Source of the DNA: Sphingomonadaceae bacterium
Lineage (GTDB): Bacteria; Pseudomonadota; Alphaproteobacteria; Sphingomonadales; Sphingomonadaceae
NCBI GenBank assembly: GCA_002863155.1
Contig: PKED01000047.1
Location: 10,674 to 74,673 of the forward strand
Reading direction: 5' to 3'
Length of the DNA stretch: 64,000 nt
Shown piece after piece: positions 21,848 to 30,768 of this stretch; the first letter of the stretch is position 1, and each line of letters opens with the position of its first letter. A program made the translations under genes and the position numbers. The notes beneath the pieces were generated by a model, which did no database searches, had not been told where the DNA came from, and worked only from the letters and a program-made list of their open reading frames with translations.

Positions 21848-22579
21848 TCAGGCGCCCGCGGCCTTCAGCGCGGGTTCGAGCTTGGCCCAGGTGTCGACCG
21901 CGTCCATCACCTTGCCGTTGAGGATGAAGGTCGGCGTGCCCCGGACATTATATTGCTGGTTGGCCTTTTCGAAATTCGCCGCGAGCGCCTCGATCTTGGT
22001 CTTGTCGTTGAGGCAGGCGCGCGCCTGATCTTCGGGCACGCCGCGCTGCTTGACGAAATCGAGATAGCCGAGCCCTTCCGCAAAGGCGGTTGCGACCTTG
22101 CTCGGCTCGCCGAGCGCGGCTGCCCGCGGCCCGACTTCCTCGGCCTTGGCGAGCAGCGTCGGCTGGTTCTTCATCATCTGGTCGAGCATCGGGAAGAACG
22201 CCTCGGCCGACAGGCAATGGCCAAGCAGGATCGGCGCGACGTCGAGCGCGCCGTGGATCGGATAGTCGCGAAATTCGTAGGAAACCTTGCCGCTCGCGAC
22301 ATAGACCGACTTCAGCGGATCAAAGCCTTCCGCGTCGAACTTCGCACAATAGGGGCAGGCGCGAGAGCCATATTCGATGAGCTTAAGCGGCGCATCGGGA
22401 TTGCCCATGCGATAGCCGCCGTCGGGCGTCGCCGAAACGACGTCGCTCCAGGCCTTGCCGGCCGGAGCCTGCTTTCCGGCAACGGGCGCGCTCGCCACGG
22501 TCGCATTGTCGGCGCCGGCGCCGCTGCACGCGGCGAGCATGGCGAAGGGGAGCAGGGCAAGCTGAACGTACGACTTCAT
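21848..22579 (-). CDS. DsbA-like thioredoxin-fold lipoprotein (CPYC)
   Basis: Lipobox LAAC, MGNPDAPLKLIEY, CPYC, GTPTF cis-Pro loop. Confidence 0.88.
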   Translation of the reverse strand: MKSYVQLALLPFAMLAACSGAGADNATVASAPVAGKQAPAGKAWSDVVSATPDGGYRMGNPDAPLKLIEYGSRACPYCAKFDAEGFDPLKSVYVASGKVSYEFRDYPIHGALDVAPILLGHCLSAEAFFPMLDQMMKNQPTLLAKAEEVGPRAAALGEPSKVATAFAEGLGYLDFVKQRGVPEDQARACLNDKTKIEALAANFEKANQQYNVRGTPTFILNGKVMDAVDTWAKLEPALKAAGA

Positions 22580-22601
22580 CGGGGAAAACTCCTGGACAAT
22601 A

Positions 22602-23324
22602 TCATTTGGCGCCCTGGGCGCGGATGATCGGTTCGAGCGACGGCCAGTCATGGACTTTGACGTCGCGCCCGCCGACGTAAAAACTGGGCGTATACTGGAT
22701 GATCCTGCTCGCCGCCTCACCCGTTTTCAGGATCGGGTTGACGATCTGCGGGTCGGCGAAGCACGCCTTGATCTGCGCGTCGTTCAGGCCCTGGCTCTTG
22801 GCGATGTCGTTGAGGCCGATCGATTGCGCGGTGATGCGGACCTGTTCGATCGGCTTTTCGCTTTCGAAACGGCGCAGCTCGCGATTGAGGAAATTGAAGC
22901 CCAGCCCGACCCATTCTTCCTGCCGCGCAAAGATCGCCTCGGCGGTCGCGACATAGCGTGCCGGGCCGGCGCAGCGCGCGATGATCGACGCGGCGAGGTC
23001 GAGCGGGTTCGACGTCAGCGCCCGAAATTCGAGGCTGGTCGAGCCGGAGCGGATCATCTGCGCCTTGAGCGTTGGCGCCGATTCCTTCGAAAAAGCGGCG
23101 CAATGCGGGCAGGTGAAGCTCAGATATTCGACAATCTTTACCTTGGCCGCAGGATTGCCGACCATGATCGTGCCGCTCGGTGTGACGCGCGCCACCTTGC
23201 TCCAGTCGGCAGGTGCTGCCGCGGCGACCGCGCGCTTCGTCTGCGCCCGCTTGATCGGGGGCACCCCGGCCATGGCCAGACCGCCAAGCAGCGCGACCGT
23301 CAGCACCGCAACCATCGCCCTCAC
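22602..23324 (-). CDS. DsbA-like thioredoxin-fold protein (CPHC)
   Basis: Signal peptide, GNPAAKVKIVEYLSFTCPHC, YTPSF. Confidence 0.85.
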   Translation of the reverse strand: MRAMVAVLTVALLGGLAMAGVPPIKRAQTKRAVAAAAPADWSKVARVTPSGTIMVGNPAAKVKIVEYLSFTCPHCAAFSKESAPTLKAQMIRSGSTSLEFRALTSNPLDLAASIIARCAGPARYVATAEAIFARQEEWVGLGFNFLNRELRRFESEKPIEQVRITAQSIGLNDIAKSQGLNDAQIKACFADPQIVNPILKTGEAASRIIQYTPSFYVGGRDVKVHDWPSLEPIIRAQGAK

Positions 23325-23887
23325 GAACCTTCCTCCACATCCTTTGCCGGGCCGATCACCGGCGTGCCGCGTGTCGCGGCGACGCCTGCCGCCAGAGCCG
23401 CCAGCACGGCCTTCAATTCGGGGTCGACGATCGCGCGCAGGCTGTCGCCAAGCTCGACCGGCACCGGTTTGATCGAGGGCGGGGCCGGGCGCGGCGCAGG
23501 CGAGGCGACGTCGCCCTGGCGCATCACGATCCTTGCGACCGCGGGATAGCCGAAGAAGCGGTTCACTCGCTCGACGATTTCAGGGGCGATGTGCTGCATC
23601 ATCGTGCCGTGAGCGCCCCGCACGACCAGATGCAGCGTGCCCTCCTGGCGGCTGCCGCGCGGAAAGCGAATCGATTCGGGAGCGGAGACGGCGGCGAAGC
23701 GCGGGCCGACGATTTCGGGCCAGCGGCCGACGATCGAGCTTTGCACGAAGCCGAATTTCTTGAAAGCGACGCCGCTCACTGCCGGCAACAGGTCGCTCAG
23801 CGCGCGCGCGGGGCCGCCGCGGGCCGCATCCGCTTGCTTCGGTTTCGGCTCGGGAGGGTGGACGCCTTTGCTCACAGCATCGTCCAT
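23321..23887 (-). CDS. DUF721 / DciA-like protein
   Basis: KFGFVQSSIVGRWPEIVG, PESIRFPRG, IVERVNRFFGY; canonical position divergent from mutY. Confidence 0.85.
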   Translation of the reverse strand: MDDAVSKGVHPPEPKPKQADAARGGPARALSDLLPAVSGVAFKKFGFVQSSIVGRWPEIVGPRFAAVSAPESIRFPRGSRQEGTLHLVVRGAHGTMMQHIAPEIVERVNRFFGYPAVARIVMRQGDVASPAPRPAPPSIKPVPVELGDSLRAIVDPELKAVLAALAAGVAATRGTPVIGPAKDVEEGS

Positions 23888-23901
23888 GCCATAGCCGCCC
23901 G

Positions 23902-24954
23902 GTGGACGCCAAGCTTCGATGTGACCCGGCGCTGATCGCGCCTGCGCTGCTCGACTGGTACGACGTCCACGCCCGCGACCTGCCCTGGCGGGTGCGTCCG
24001 GGCAAGTCGGCGGACCCGTACCGCGTCTGGCTTTCCGAAGTGATGCTCCAGCAGACAACGGTTGCGACGGTGCGGCCGCGCTATGCCGAATTTGTCGCGC
24101 GTTGGCCCGACGTGGCGGCGCTGGCGGCGGCCGATGATGCCGATCTGATGGCGGCCTGGGCCGGGCTTGGCTATTATGCCCGCGCGCGCAATCTGCTTGC
24201 CTGTGCGCGAGCGGTGATGGCCGATCATGGCGGCCGCTTTCCGGGCGACGAAGCCACGCTGCGGACGCTGCCGGGGGTTGGCGACTATACCGCCGCCGCC
24301 ATTGCCGCGATTGCCTTTGACCGCCGGGCGGTGGTGGTCGACGGCAATGTCGAGCGCGTCGTCACGCGGCTGTTCGCGCTTGCCGAGCCGCTGCCGGGTG
24401 CAAGGCCGATGGTGCGCGCGCTCGCCGACAGCATCACGCCGGAGCATCGCGCCGGGGACTTTGCGCAGGCGATGATGGATCTGGGCGCCGGGCTGTGCAG
24501 CCCGCGCCAGCCGGCCTGTTCGCTTTGTCCGCTAAACACCATGTGCGCCGCGCATGCCCAGGGCAGTCCGGACGGCTATCCGGTGAAGGCCGCGAAAAGG
24601 GCCCGGCCGCAGCGATTCGGCACCGCCTATTGGATCGAGCGCGACGGCGCGGTGCTGCTGGTCCGCCGTCCGCCAAAGGGGCTGCTCGGCGGTATGCGCG
24701 CCCTGCCGACAGGGCCCTGGGCCGATACACCGCCGGGCCTGACCGACGCGCCGGTGCCCGATGCCGACTGGGCAATGATCGACGGCACGGCGAGCCACGC
24801 GTTCACGCATTTCCGGCTGGAACTGGTGCTTGCGGTTGCGCGCGGCGACGGGCAATCAGGCGGCCTGCAAGGCGAATGGTGGCCGATTGCCGATCTTGAG
24901 TCGGCTGGCCTTCCGACCGTGTTCGCCAAGGTCGCGCGTTTGAGGAGAGCATGA
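23902..24954 (+). CDS. mutY: A/G-specific adenine glycosylase
   Basis: LLDWYD, PYRVWLSEVMLQQT, GLGYYARARNL, LPGVGDYTA HhH, VDGNV, Fe-S cluster Cys motif. Confidence 0.96.
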   Translation: MDAKLRCDPALIAPALLDWYDVHARDLPWRVRPGKSADPYRVWLSEVMLQQTTVATVRPRYAEFVARWPDVAALAAADDADLMAAWAGLGYYARARNLLACARAVMADHGGRFPGDEATLRTLPGVGDYTAAAIAAIAFDRRAVVVDGNVERVVTRLFALAEPLPGARPMVRALADSITPEHRAGDFAQAMMDLGAGLCSPRQPACSLCPLNTMCAAHAQGSPDGYPVKAAKRARPQRFGTAYWIERDGAVLLVRRPPKGLLGGMRALPTGPWADTPPGLTDAPVPDADWAMIDGTASHAFTHFRLELVLAVARGDGQSGGLQGEWWPIADLESAGLPTVFAKVARLRRA

Positions 24955-26297
24955 TGGCGAAGTTTCGGGCAATGACGGTGGTGGCGCTGGCGGCGCTGGC
25001 CGGGACGGCGGCGCTGGCCGGGACGGCGGCGCTGGCCGGTCAAGCGCAGCAACAGGCTTCGCATCAGGGCCACCAGCAAATGGAGGCCGGTTCGGTCGCG
25101 CTGCCCAAGGTCAGCGCGCTTGTCGAAAGCTATCCGGCGACGCGCAAGGCGCCGGGCATTGTCGCGGTCGTCGGCGTCGGCCATTCTTCGGTGGCCCGGC
25201 AGGCCGGCGCGCTGGCTTTCGACGCGGGAGCGCCGAAGGCCGATGGCAATTCGCTGTGGCGCGTCTATTCGATGACCAAGCCGATCACCGCGATGGCAGC
25301 GATGATCCTGATCGAGGAAGGCAAGCTGAAGCTCGACGACCCGATCAGCAAGTTCATCCCGGCGTTCAAGAACATGACCGTGCTGGTCGACGGCACCAAG
25401 GACCTGACCGCCGTCCCGGCCAAGACCCAGATCACCGTGCGCCATCTGATGACGCATACGGCGGGGCTGGGATACACGATCGTCACCAAGGGGCCGTTGC
25501 TCAAGGCCTATGAAGACGCCGGGATCACGCCGTTCACCTCGACCACGCAGGCGGAGAAGGAACTGCGCAAGGTTCGCCCGGCCACGCTCCAGGCCTTTGC
25601 CGAAAAGGTCGCGACGCTGCCGCTGATCGCCGAGCCCGGCACCAAATGGAGCTATTCGATCGGTCTCGACGTGCTCGGCGCGGTGATCGAGAAGGCCGGG
25701 GGGATGCCGTTCGATACTTTCCTCCAGACGCGAATCTTCGACCCGCTCAAGATGCGCTCGACCTATTTCACGGTGCCTGCCGCCGATGCGGCACGGCTGG
25801 CGACCGGCTATGCCTTTGTCGGCGAGAATGCGCTGCCGCTCGATGCCGGTGCGACGTCGGTGTTCCTCCAGCCGCCGAGCTTTCCCTATGGCGGCGCCGG
25901 GCTGGTGACCTCGGCGAACGATTACGACCGTTTCCTCCACATGCTCCAGAATGGTGGTGAGCTTGACGGTGCCCGCATCCTGAAGCCCGAGACGGTCGCG
26001 CTGGCGATGTCGAACCTGCTGCCGGCGGGCGTTCTTTATCCGGGCGCCGTGCCCAACACCGGCGGCGCACCGGGGCCGTCCCAGGGTTTCGGCGCCGGAG
26101 GATCGGTCTATCTGGTTGACCTCCCCGGGGGGCCGGGCAAAGGCACGTACGGCTGGGGCGGGGCGGCGGGCACGATCGCCTGGGTCGATCCCAAGAACAA
26201 GCTGCGCGCAACCGTGATGGTCAATTACCTGCCCGGCGACCGCTGGCCGCTGCGGACCGATTTCACCAAGGCGCTCTACGCCGATCTCCTGCGCTGA
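24951..26297 (+). CDS. Exported serine hydrolase, beta-lactamase-like family
   Basis: SMTK (SxxK), LMTHTAG, WSYS, GWGGAAG; signal peptide. Confidence 0.88.
   Translation: MMAKFRAMTVVALAALAGTAALAGTAALAGQAQQQASHQGHQQMEAGSVALPKVSALVESYPATRKAPGIVAVVGVGHSSVARQAGALAFDAGAPKADGNSLWRVYSMTKPITAMAAMILIEEGKLKLDDPISKFIPAFKNMTVLVDGTKDLTAVPAKTQITVRHLMTHTAGLGYTIVTKGPLLKAYEDAGITPFTSTTQAEKELRKVRPATLQAFAEKVATLPLIAEPGTKWSYSIGLDVLGAVIEKAGGMPFDTFLQTRIFDPLKMRSTYFTVPAADAARLATGYAFVGENALPLDAGATSVFLQPPSFPYGGAGLVTSANDYDRFLHMLQNGGELDGARILKPETVALAMSNLLPAGVLYPGAVPNTGGAPGPSQGFGAGGSVYLVDLPGGPGKGTYGWGGAAGTIAWVDPKNKLRATVMVNYLPGDRWPLRTDFTKALYADLLR
24990..25040 (+). repeat. In-frame 18-bp tandem repeat in a signal peptide
   Basis: GCGGCGCTGGCCGGGACG twice plus a partial third copy; encodes AALAGT-AALAGT-AALAG. 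Confidence 0.85.
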
Positions 26298-26304
26298 TCG
26301 ACCG

Positions 26305-27174
26305 ATGTTGACGCCGGGCTTCACGGGGGGGCGGCTCGACCGTGCCGATCAGCTTCGGCACGATGCCGCCGCGATCGAGCGGCTGCGAAGCGACTGGCGC
26401 GCGAGGCTGCTGACGCTTGTCAATTTCGAGCCCGAGGTGACGGCGGAAGGCATGCTGGCCTGGGGCTCGCTTGCCGACGCGCCGGATGATGCCGAACTGG
26501 TGCTGCTCGGGCTCGACGATGGCGGGCGGCCGCACTTCGCCGCCTATGTGCCGGGCATGCGCGCGCCGCCGGGCCGGTCGCTGCGGCTGTTCGGGATGCT
26601 CGATCAGTTCGCGCCAGGCGAGGCGGCGACTTATGCGGCGGCGCGCAGCGTGCTCGACTGGCACAGCCGCCACGGCTTCTGCGCCAATTGCGGGGTGGCG
26701 ACCGCGATGATCCGTGCTGGCTGGGCGCGCAAATGCGGCGGCTGCGGCGCCGAGCATTTTCCGCGGGTCGACCCGGTCGTCATCATGCTGGTCGAACATG
26801 AAGGCCGCGCGCTGCTCGGGCGCGGCAAGGGATGGCCCGAGGGGCGCTATTCGGCGCTGGCCGGATTCGTCGAGCCGGGCGAATCGATCGAGGAAGCGGT
26901 GGCGCGCGAGGTGTTTGAGGAGGCCGGAGTGCGGGCGGTGTCGGTCCGCTATGTTGCCAGCCAGCCCTGGCCATTTCCGTCGTCGCTGATGATGGCGTGC
27001 GTGGCGGTGGCCGAGGATGATGCGCTCAACATCGACCCGAACGAGCTCGAAGATGCGATCTGGGTTGCGCGCGAGGATGTCCGGGCCGTCATGGCGGGGG
27101 CGCCGGGGCCGTTCCTGCCCGCGCCGCCCTATGCGATCGCCCACACCCTGCTGACCGAATGGTCCCGCGACTAG
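26305..27174 (+). CDS. nudC: NAD(+)/NADH diphosphatase NudC
   Basis: Zn-ribbon FCANCG...CGGCG, FPRVDPVVI, Nudix box GESIEEAVAREVFEEAG, SQPWPFPSSLM. Confidence 0.95.
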   Translation: MLTPGFTGGRLDRADQLRHDAAAIERLRSDWRARLLTLVNFEPEVTAEGMLAWGSLADAPDDAELVLLGLDDGGRPHFAAYVPGMRAPPGRSLRLFGMLDQFAPGEAATYAAARSVLDWHSRHGFCANCGVATAMIRAGWARKCGGCGAEHFPRVDPVVIMLVEHEGRALLGRGKGWPEGRYSALAGFVEPGESIEEAVAREVFEEAGVRAVSVRYVASQPWPFPSSLMMACVAVAEDDALNIDPNELEDAIWVAREDVRAVMAGAPGPFLPAPPYAIAHTLLTEWSRD

Positions 27175-28058
27175 CGTTCGCGCGCCATCGGATAGGTGCC
27201 GAGCAGGCGGACCCACTCGCAGTGGAAGGCGAGCTCGCCGAGCGCGCGGTCGACCGCAGGGTCGCCGGGCCGACCGATGAAATCGGCGTAGAATTCGGTC
27301 GCGGTGAAGCTCGCGCCGCGCTGATAGCTTTCGAGCTTGGTCATGTTGACGCCCGCCGTCGCGAACCCGCCCAGCGCCTTGTACAGCGCCGCCGGTGCGT
27401 TCGGCAGCGCGAAGATGAGTGTCGTCACGAATGGCCCGTCGCCGTCCAGCGGCACCGCCTGCTGCGCCAGCACGACGAACCGGGTCATGTTGTGCGCTTC
27501 GTCGGCGATGTCCTCGACGAGCAGCTTCAGGCCATAGGTTTCGGCGGCGATCGCGGGGGCAAGCGCGGCAAGCGCTGTGTCGCCGCGCTCCGCCACCAGC
27601 GCGGCGGCGCCTGCGGTATCGGGATAGGTCACAGGCGAGATCCCGGCCGCGCGCAACCACTGGCGGCACTGGCCCAGTGCCTGCGGGTGGCTGATCGCCT
27701 CGCGCACCTGGTCGCGCGTGCCGAGCCCCATCATCGCGTAGCGGATCGGCAGGAAAAATTCGCCGATGATTGCCAGCCCCGATTCGGGCAGCAGGAAATG
27801 GATGTCTGCGACCCGGCCATGGAGTGAATTCTCGATCGGGATGATCGCCAGTTCGGCGGCGCCCGACTGAACCGCCTCGATCGCGTCGTCGAAGTCAAAG
27901 CATGGCAAAGGCAGGCCGCCGGGCACCGCCTGGAGCGCGGCGATGTGCGAATTGGCGCCCGGTGCACCCTGAAACGCCACGGCGCGCGCGGGGTCGGCAG
28001 CGGCGGCGCGGGTCATCTCGGCGACGATCGGCTGGGCGGGGGCGGGAAAGCGTTCCAT
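27171..28058 (-). CDS. pheA: Prephenate dehydratase
   Basis: AFQGAPGANS, IPIENSLHG, SHPQALGQC, NMTRF, NMTKLES ACT domain. Confidence 0.93.
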   Translation of the reverse strand: MERFPAPAQPIVAEMTRAAAADPARAVAFQGAPGANSHIAALQAVPGGLPLPCFDFDDAIEAVQSGAAELAIIPIENSLHGRVADIHFLLPESGLAIIGEFFLPIRYAMMGLGTRDQVREAISHPQALGQCRQWLRAAGISPVTYPDTAGAAALVAERGDTALAALAPAIAAETYGLKLLVEDIADEAHNMTRFVVLAQQAVPLDGDGPFVTTLIFALPNAPAALYKALGGFATAGVNMTKLESYQRGASFTATEFYADFIGRPGDPAVDRALGELAFHCEWVRLLGTYPMARER

Positions 28059-28166
28059 GTCGGCGCGCGCTTATCGGCCCTTTGCAGGCGCGGCAAGCGT
28101 GGCTTGCGATTGGGGGCGTGCATATCTAAAGGACACCCACTTTCGCGATCAGAGGCATTTCACGAC

Positions 28167-28802
28167 ATGAGCTTTCGGACGAACATCATTGTAGGCTGGA
28201 TCCTGGCGGCGATCTTCGTCGGGCTCGGTCTCGCGCTGGTCGTCGGGCATCATTTCCGCAGCGAACGCCCGGAAAAAATGGGTTATCCGATCGAGGGTGT
28301 GGTCGAAGCGTCGGCCGAAGGCGGCGCGGCTGCCGCGCCCGATGTGCCGATCGCGACCCTGCTCGCCTCTGCCGATGTCGCCAAGGGCATGGAAACCTTC
28401 AAGAAGTGCGGGTCGTGCCATAATGCCGATCAGGGTGGTGCCAACGGCATCGGCCCCAATCTCTGGGGCGTCGTCGGCGCCGGGATCGCGGCGAAGCCGG
28501 GCTTTGCCTATTCGGACGTGTTGAAGGGCATGACGTCGGGCAAGTGGACGTTCGAAGAGCTCGACAAGTGGCTCAAGAACCCTCGCAGCTATGCCAGTGG
28601 CACCAAGATGAGCTTTGCCGGCCTGACCAACGGCCAGGACCGGGCGAACGTGATCGCCTATCTGAACGGCCAGGGTTCGAACCTGCCGCTTCCCGCAGCA
28701 CCCGCCGCCGAAGCCGGAGCGCCCGCGGGCGATGCCGCCGCAGCACCTGCCGAAGGCGATGCCGCCGCGCCTGCGGAAGGCAATGCGACGGCAGCGGAAT
28801 AA
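28167..28802 (+). CDS. Membrane-anchored cytochrome c (class I, cytochrome cM/cy-like)
   Basis: N-terminal TM helix, CGSCH, GPNL, GTKMSFAG axial Met, Ala/Pro/Glu-rich tail. Confidence 0.92.
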   Translation: MSFRTNIIVGWILAAIFVGLGLALVVGHHFRSERPEKMGYPIEGVVEASAEGGAAAAPDVPIATLLASADVAKGMETFKKCGSCHNADQGGANGIGPNLWGVVGAGIAAKPGFAYSDVLKGMTSGKWTFEELDKWLKNPRSYASGTKMSFAGLTNGQDRANVIAYLNGQGSNLPLPAAPAAEAGAPAGDAAAAPAEGDAAAPAEGNATAAE

Positions 28803-28815
28803 TTCCGGCCTGTTT

Positions 28816-28955
28816 TAGAGTCGGATGACTTTTGGTTGAATCAAATCCCCAACCGTTCGTGTCGAGCGAAGTCGAGACACCATGCGCGACGCTCGTGGCC
28901 TGTTTCTCGACTGCGCTCGAAACGAACGGGTCAAGGTAATGTCATCGGGCTCTAG
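28816..28955 (+). repeat. 140-bp composite intergenic element, copy 3
   Basis: TAGAGTCGGATGAC...GTCATCGGGCTCTAG with nested palindrome. Confidence 0.95.
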
Positions 28956-28959
28956 GTAA

Positions 28960-28997
28960 CTGTCGACGGGGTGTGGCGTCGCCGCCACCCCCGACAG
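28960..28997. terminator. GC-rich hairpin between convergent genes
   Basis: CTGTCG/CGACAG, GGGG/CCCC and TGGCG/CGCCA pairings; no clear U-tract. Confidence 0.45.
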
Positions 28998-29003
28998 GCT
29001 TCG

Positions 29004-29900
29004 TCAGTCGCCACCCATCGGGTCGCGCGCCATCGGATCGGGGCGATCGCGATAGAAATCGCGGACATAGTCCCACGCCTCTTCGGCGGTTTCGACGAAG
29101 CGGAAAATCTCCAGGTCGCGCGGCGAGATCACGCCTTCCTCGCACAACGCCTCGAAATTGACGACGCGGGTCCAGAAATCGCGTCCGAACAGCAGCACCG
29201 GGATCGGATCGATCTTGCCGGTCTGGATCAGCGTCAGCAGCTCGAACAGTTCGTCGAACGTCCCGAAGCCGCCCGGAAACGCCGCTAGCGCGCGCGCGTG
29301 CAGCAGGAAATGCATCTTGCGCAGCGCGAAATAGTGGAACTGCAGGCTCAGGCGCGGGGTGACATAGGGGTTCGGCGCCTGCTCGTGCGGCAACACGATG
29401 TTGAGGCCGATCGATTCGGCATCGACGTCGCACGCGCCGCGATTGGCGGCCTCCATGATCGACGGGCCGCCGCCCGAGCAGACGACGAACTGGCGCATGC
29501 CGTTCGCGTCGACCGGCACCCGGCTGACGATCTGGGCAAGCTTGCGGGCCTCGTCATAATAGCGCGATTTGGCGACCAGGCTCTCGGCGATCCTGCGCGC
29601 CGCCTCGCCCTCGGCAATGTCGAGCATCGCCTGCGCCTTGGCCGGTTCCGGAATCCGGGCCGAGCCGTAGAAGACGAAGGTCGATCCGATGCCCGCCTCG
29701 GCCAGCAGCAGTTCGGGCTTGAGCAGCTCGAGCTGGAACCGCACCGGCCGCAAATCCTCGCGCAACAGGAAATCCATGTCCTGGAAGGCAAGGCGATAGG
29801 CGGGGTCTTCGGTCTGCGGCGTCTGCACCATGCCGCGCGCAGTCTCTGCGTCCTGGCTGGCGCGCGCGAAGACGCGCTGGGGTACTTTGGGATCGGTCAT
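29004..29900 (-). CDS. LOG family (Rossmann-fold nucleotide-binding) protein
   Basis: YGSARI, SGGGPSIMEAANRGA, FHYFALRKMHF, PGGFGTFDELFE. Confidence 0.9.
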   Translation of the reverse strand: MTDPKVPQRVFARASQDAETARGMVQTPQTEDPAYRLAFQDMDFLLREDLRPVRFQLELLKPELLLAEAGIGSTFVFYGSARIPEPAKAQAMLDIAEGEAARRIAESLVAKSRYYDEARKLAQIVSRVPVDANGMRQFVVCSGGGPSIMEAANRGACDVDAESIGLNIVLPHEQAPNPYVTPRLSLQFHYFALRKMHFLLHARALAAFPGGFGTFDELFELLTLIQTGKIDPIPVLLFGRDFWTRVVNFEALCEEGVISPRDLEIFRFVETAEEAWDYVRDFYRDRPDPMARDPMGGD

Positions 29901-29940
29901 GCACACGGCCCTAGCGCCTTTGTGCGCGGTTAGGAACGGA

Positions 29941-30600
29941 TCAGCGGCAAAATCCCGCGCGGTCGTCCTCCAGATGGAGGTGATTGTAATGCGCGGCGTT
30001 ATAATCGGGGCTCAGCACCGTCCCGAACCGCTTGCAGGCCGATGCGTGGACGACGCGGAAGAACTCGCGGACATCGGGGTCGGGCGAGCGCCATCCCTCC
30101 GCCACGCCGATCCGCCGGCCATCGGCGAGCACGACCCCGCTGAAATCGACGGCATTGCCGGTCGCGTGGCCTGACAGGCGGGTATAGGCGGCGGCCGTGC
30201 CGACCGTGTTGCGGCAGGCATAGCTGCCAAAGGTTTCGATCCTTACCAGATCGCTGCCGAGGATTTGCCGCGCCGCCGGGGCGAGCGCGAAGCGCGCCCA
30301 GCCGGTAAAGCTGCGCGCGACGCCGCAGCGCATGCCCTTGATGCCTGTCACCGGCACGCCGAAATCGATCAGCTGCACCGCGCCGACGAGCTGGCATCCG
30401 CCGCCATAATCGCGGTCGGGCAGCGGGCTGTAGCGAATGCCGGCCCGCGAGAGATCGGCATAACAGGCTTGGGTCTCGCGGCTGGTGGGCAGGTTGAGCG
30501 TCACCGGCCGCGATCCGGCCGGCCGCGCGGGCGGTGCGCGGTCGCTGACGCCGCAGCCCGCCAGCGCCAGGATCGCAAGGAGGAGAGCGGCCTGCCGCAT
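29941..30600 (-). CDS. Extensin-like C-terminal domain lipoprotein
   Basis: Lipobox LAGC; GSYACRN, SGHATGNAVD, LSPDYNAAHYNHLHL. Confidence 0.85.
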   Translation of the reverse strand: MRQAALLLAILALAGCGVSDRAPPARPAGSRPVTLNLPTSRETQACYADLSRAGIRYSPLPDRDYGGGCQLVGAVQLIDFGVPVTGIKGMRCGVARSFTGWARFALAPAARQILGSDLVRIETFGSYACRNTVGTAAAYTRLSGHATGNAVDFSGVVLADGRRIGVAEGWRSPDPDVREFFRVVHASACKRFGTVLSPDYNAAHYNHLHLEDDRAGFCR

Positions 30601-30683
30601 CGCGCGAGGATAGCGACCGGCCCGCGCCTCGCGCAACCGCCACGACGGGGCGTTGGTCCGGCGTGCGGAGTGCACCATCGTGC

Positions 30684-30711
30684 TTGACGGCGCCGGAACG
30701 ATCGCTAGGGC
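30684..30711 (+). promoter_or_regulatory. Sigma70-type promoter of serC-serA
   Basis: TTGACG-N14-GCTAGGGC resembles the alphaproteobacterial housekeeping consensus. Confidence 0.5.
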
Positions 30712-30722
30712 GGTCGACGGGC

Positions 30723-30762
30723 CACGCGGTCCCAACGCCGCGCGTGCTCTCTGCAAGGAGAG
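30723..30762 (+). promoter_or_regulatory. Structured serC 5' leader (candidate serC RNA motif)
   Basis: Hairpin CACGCGG...CCGCGCGTG followed by CTCTC-TGCAAG-GAGAG, which pairs over the RBS. Confidence 0.45.
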
Positions 30763-30768
30763 ACTGAC

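Noticed and set aside
11459-28955. CRISPR-like interpretation of the recurring repeats
   Set aside because: Copies are kilobases apart with no spacer array and no cas genes.
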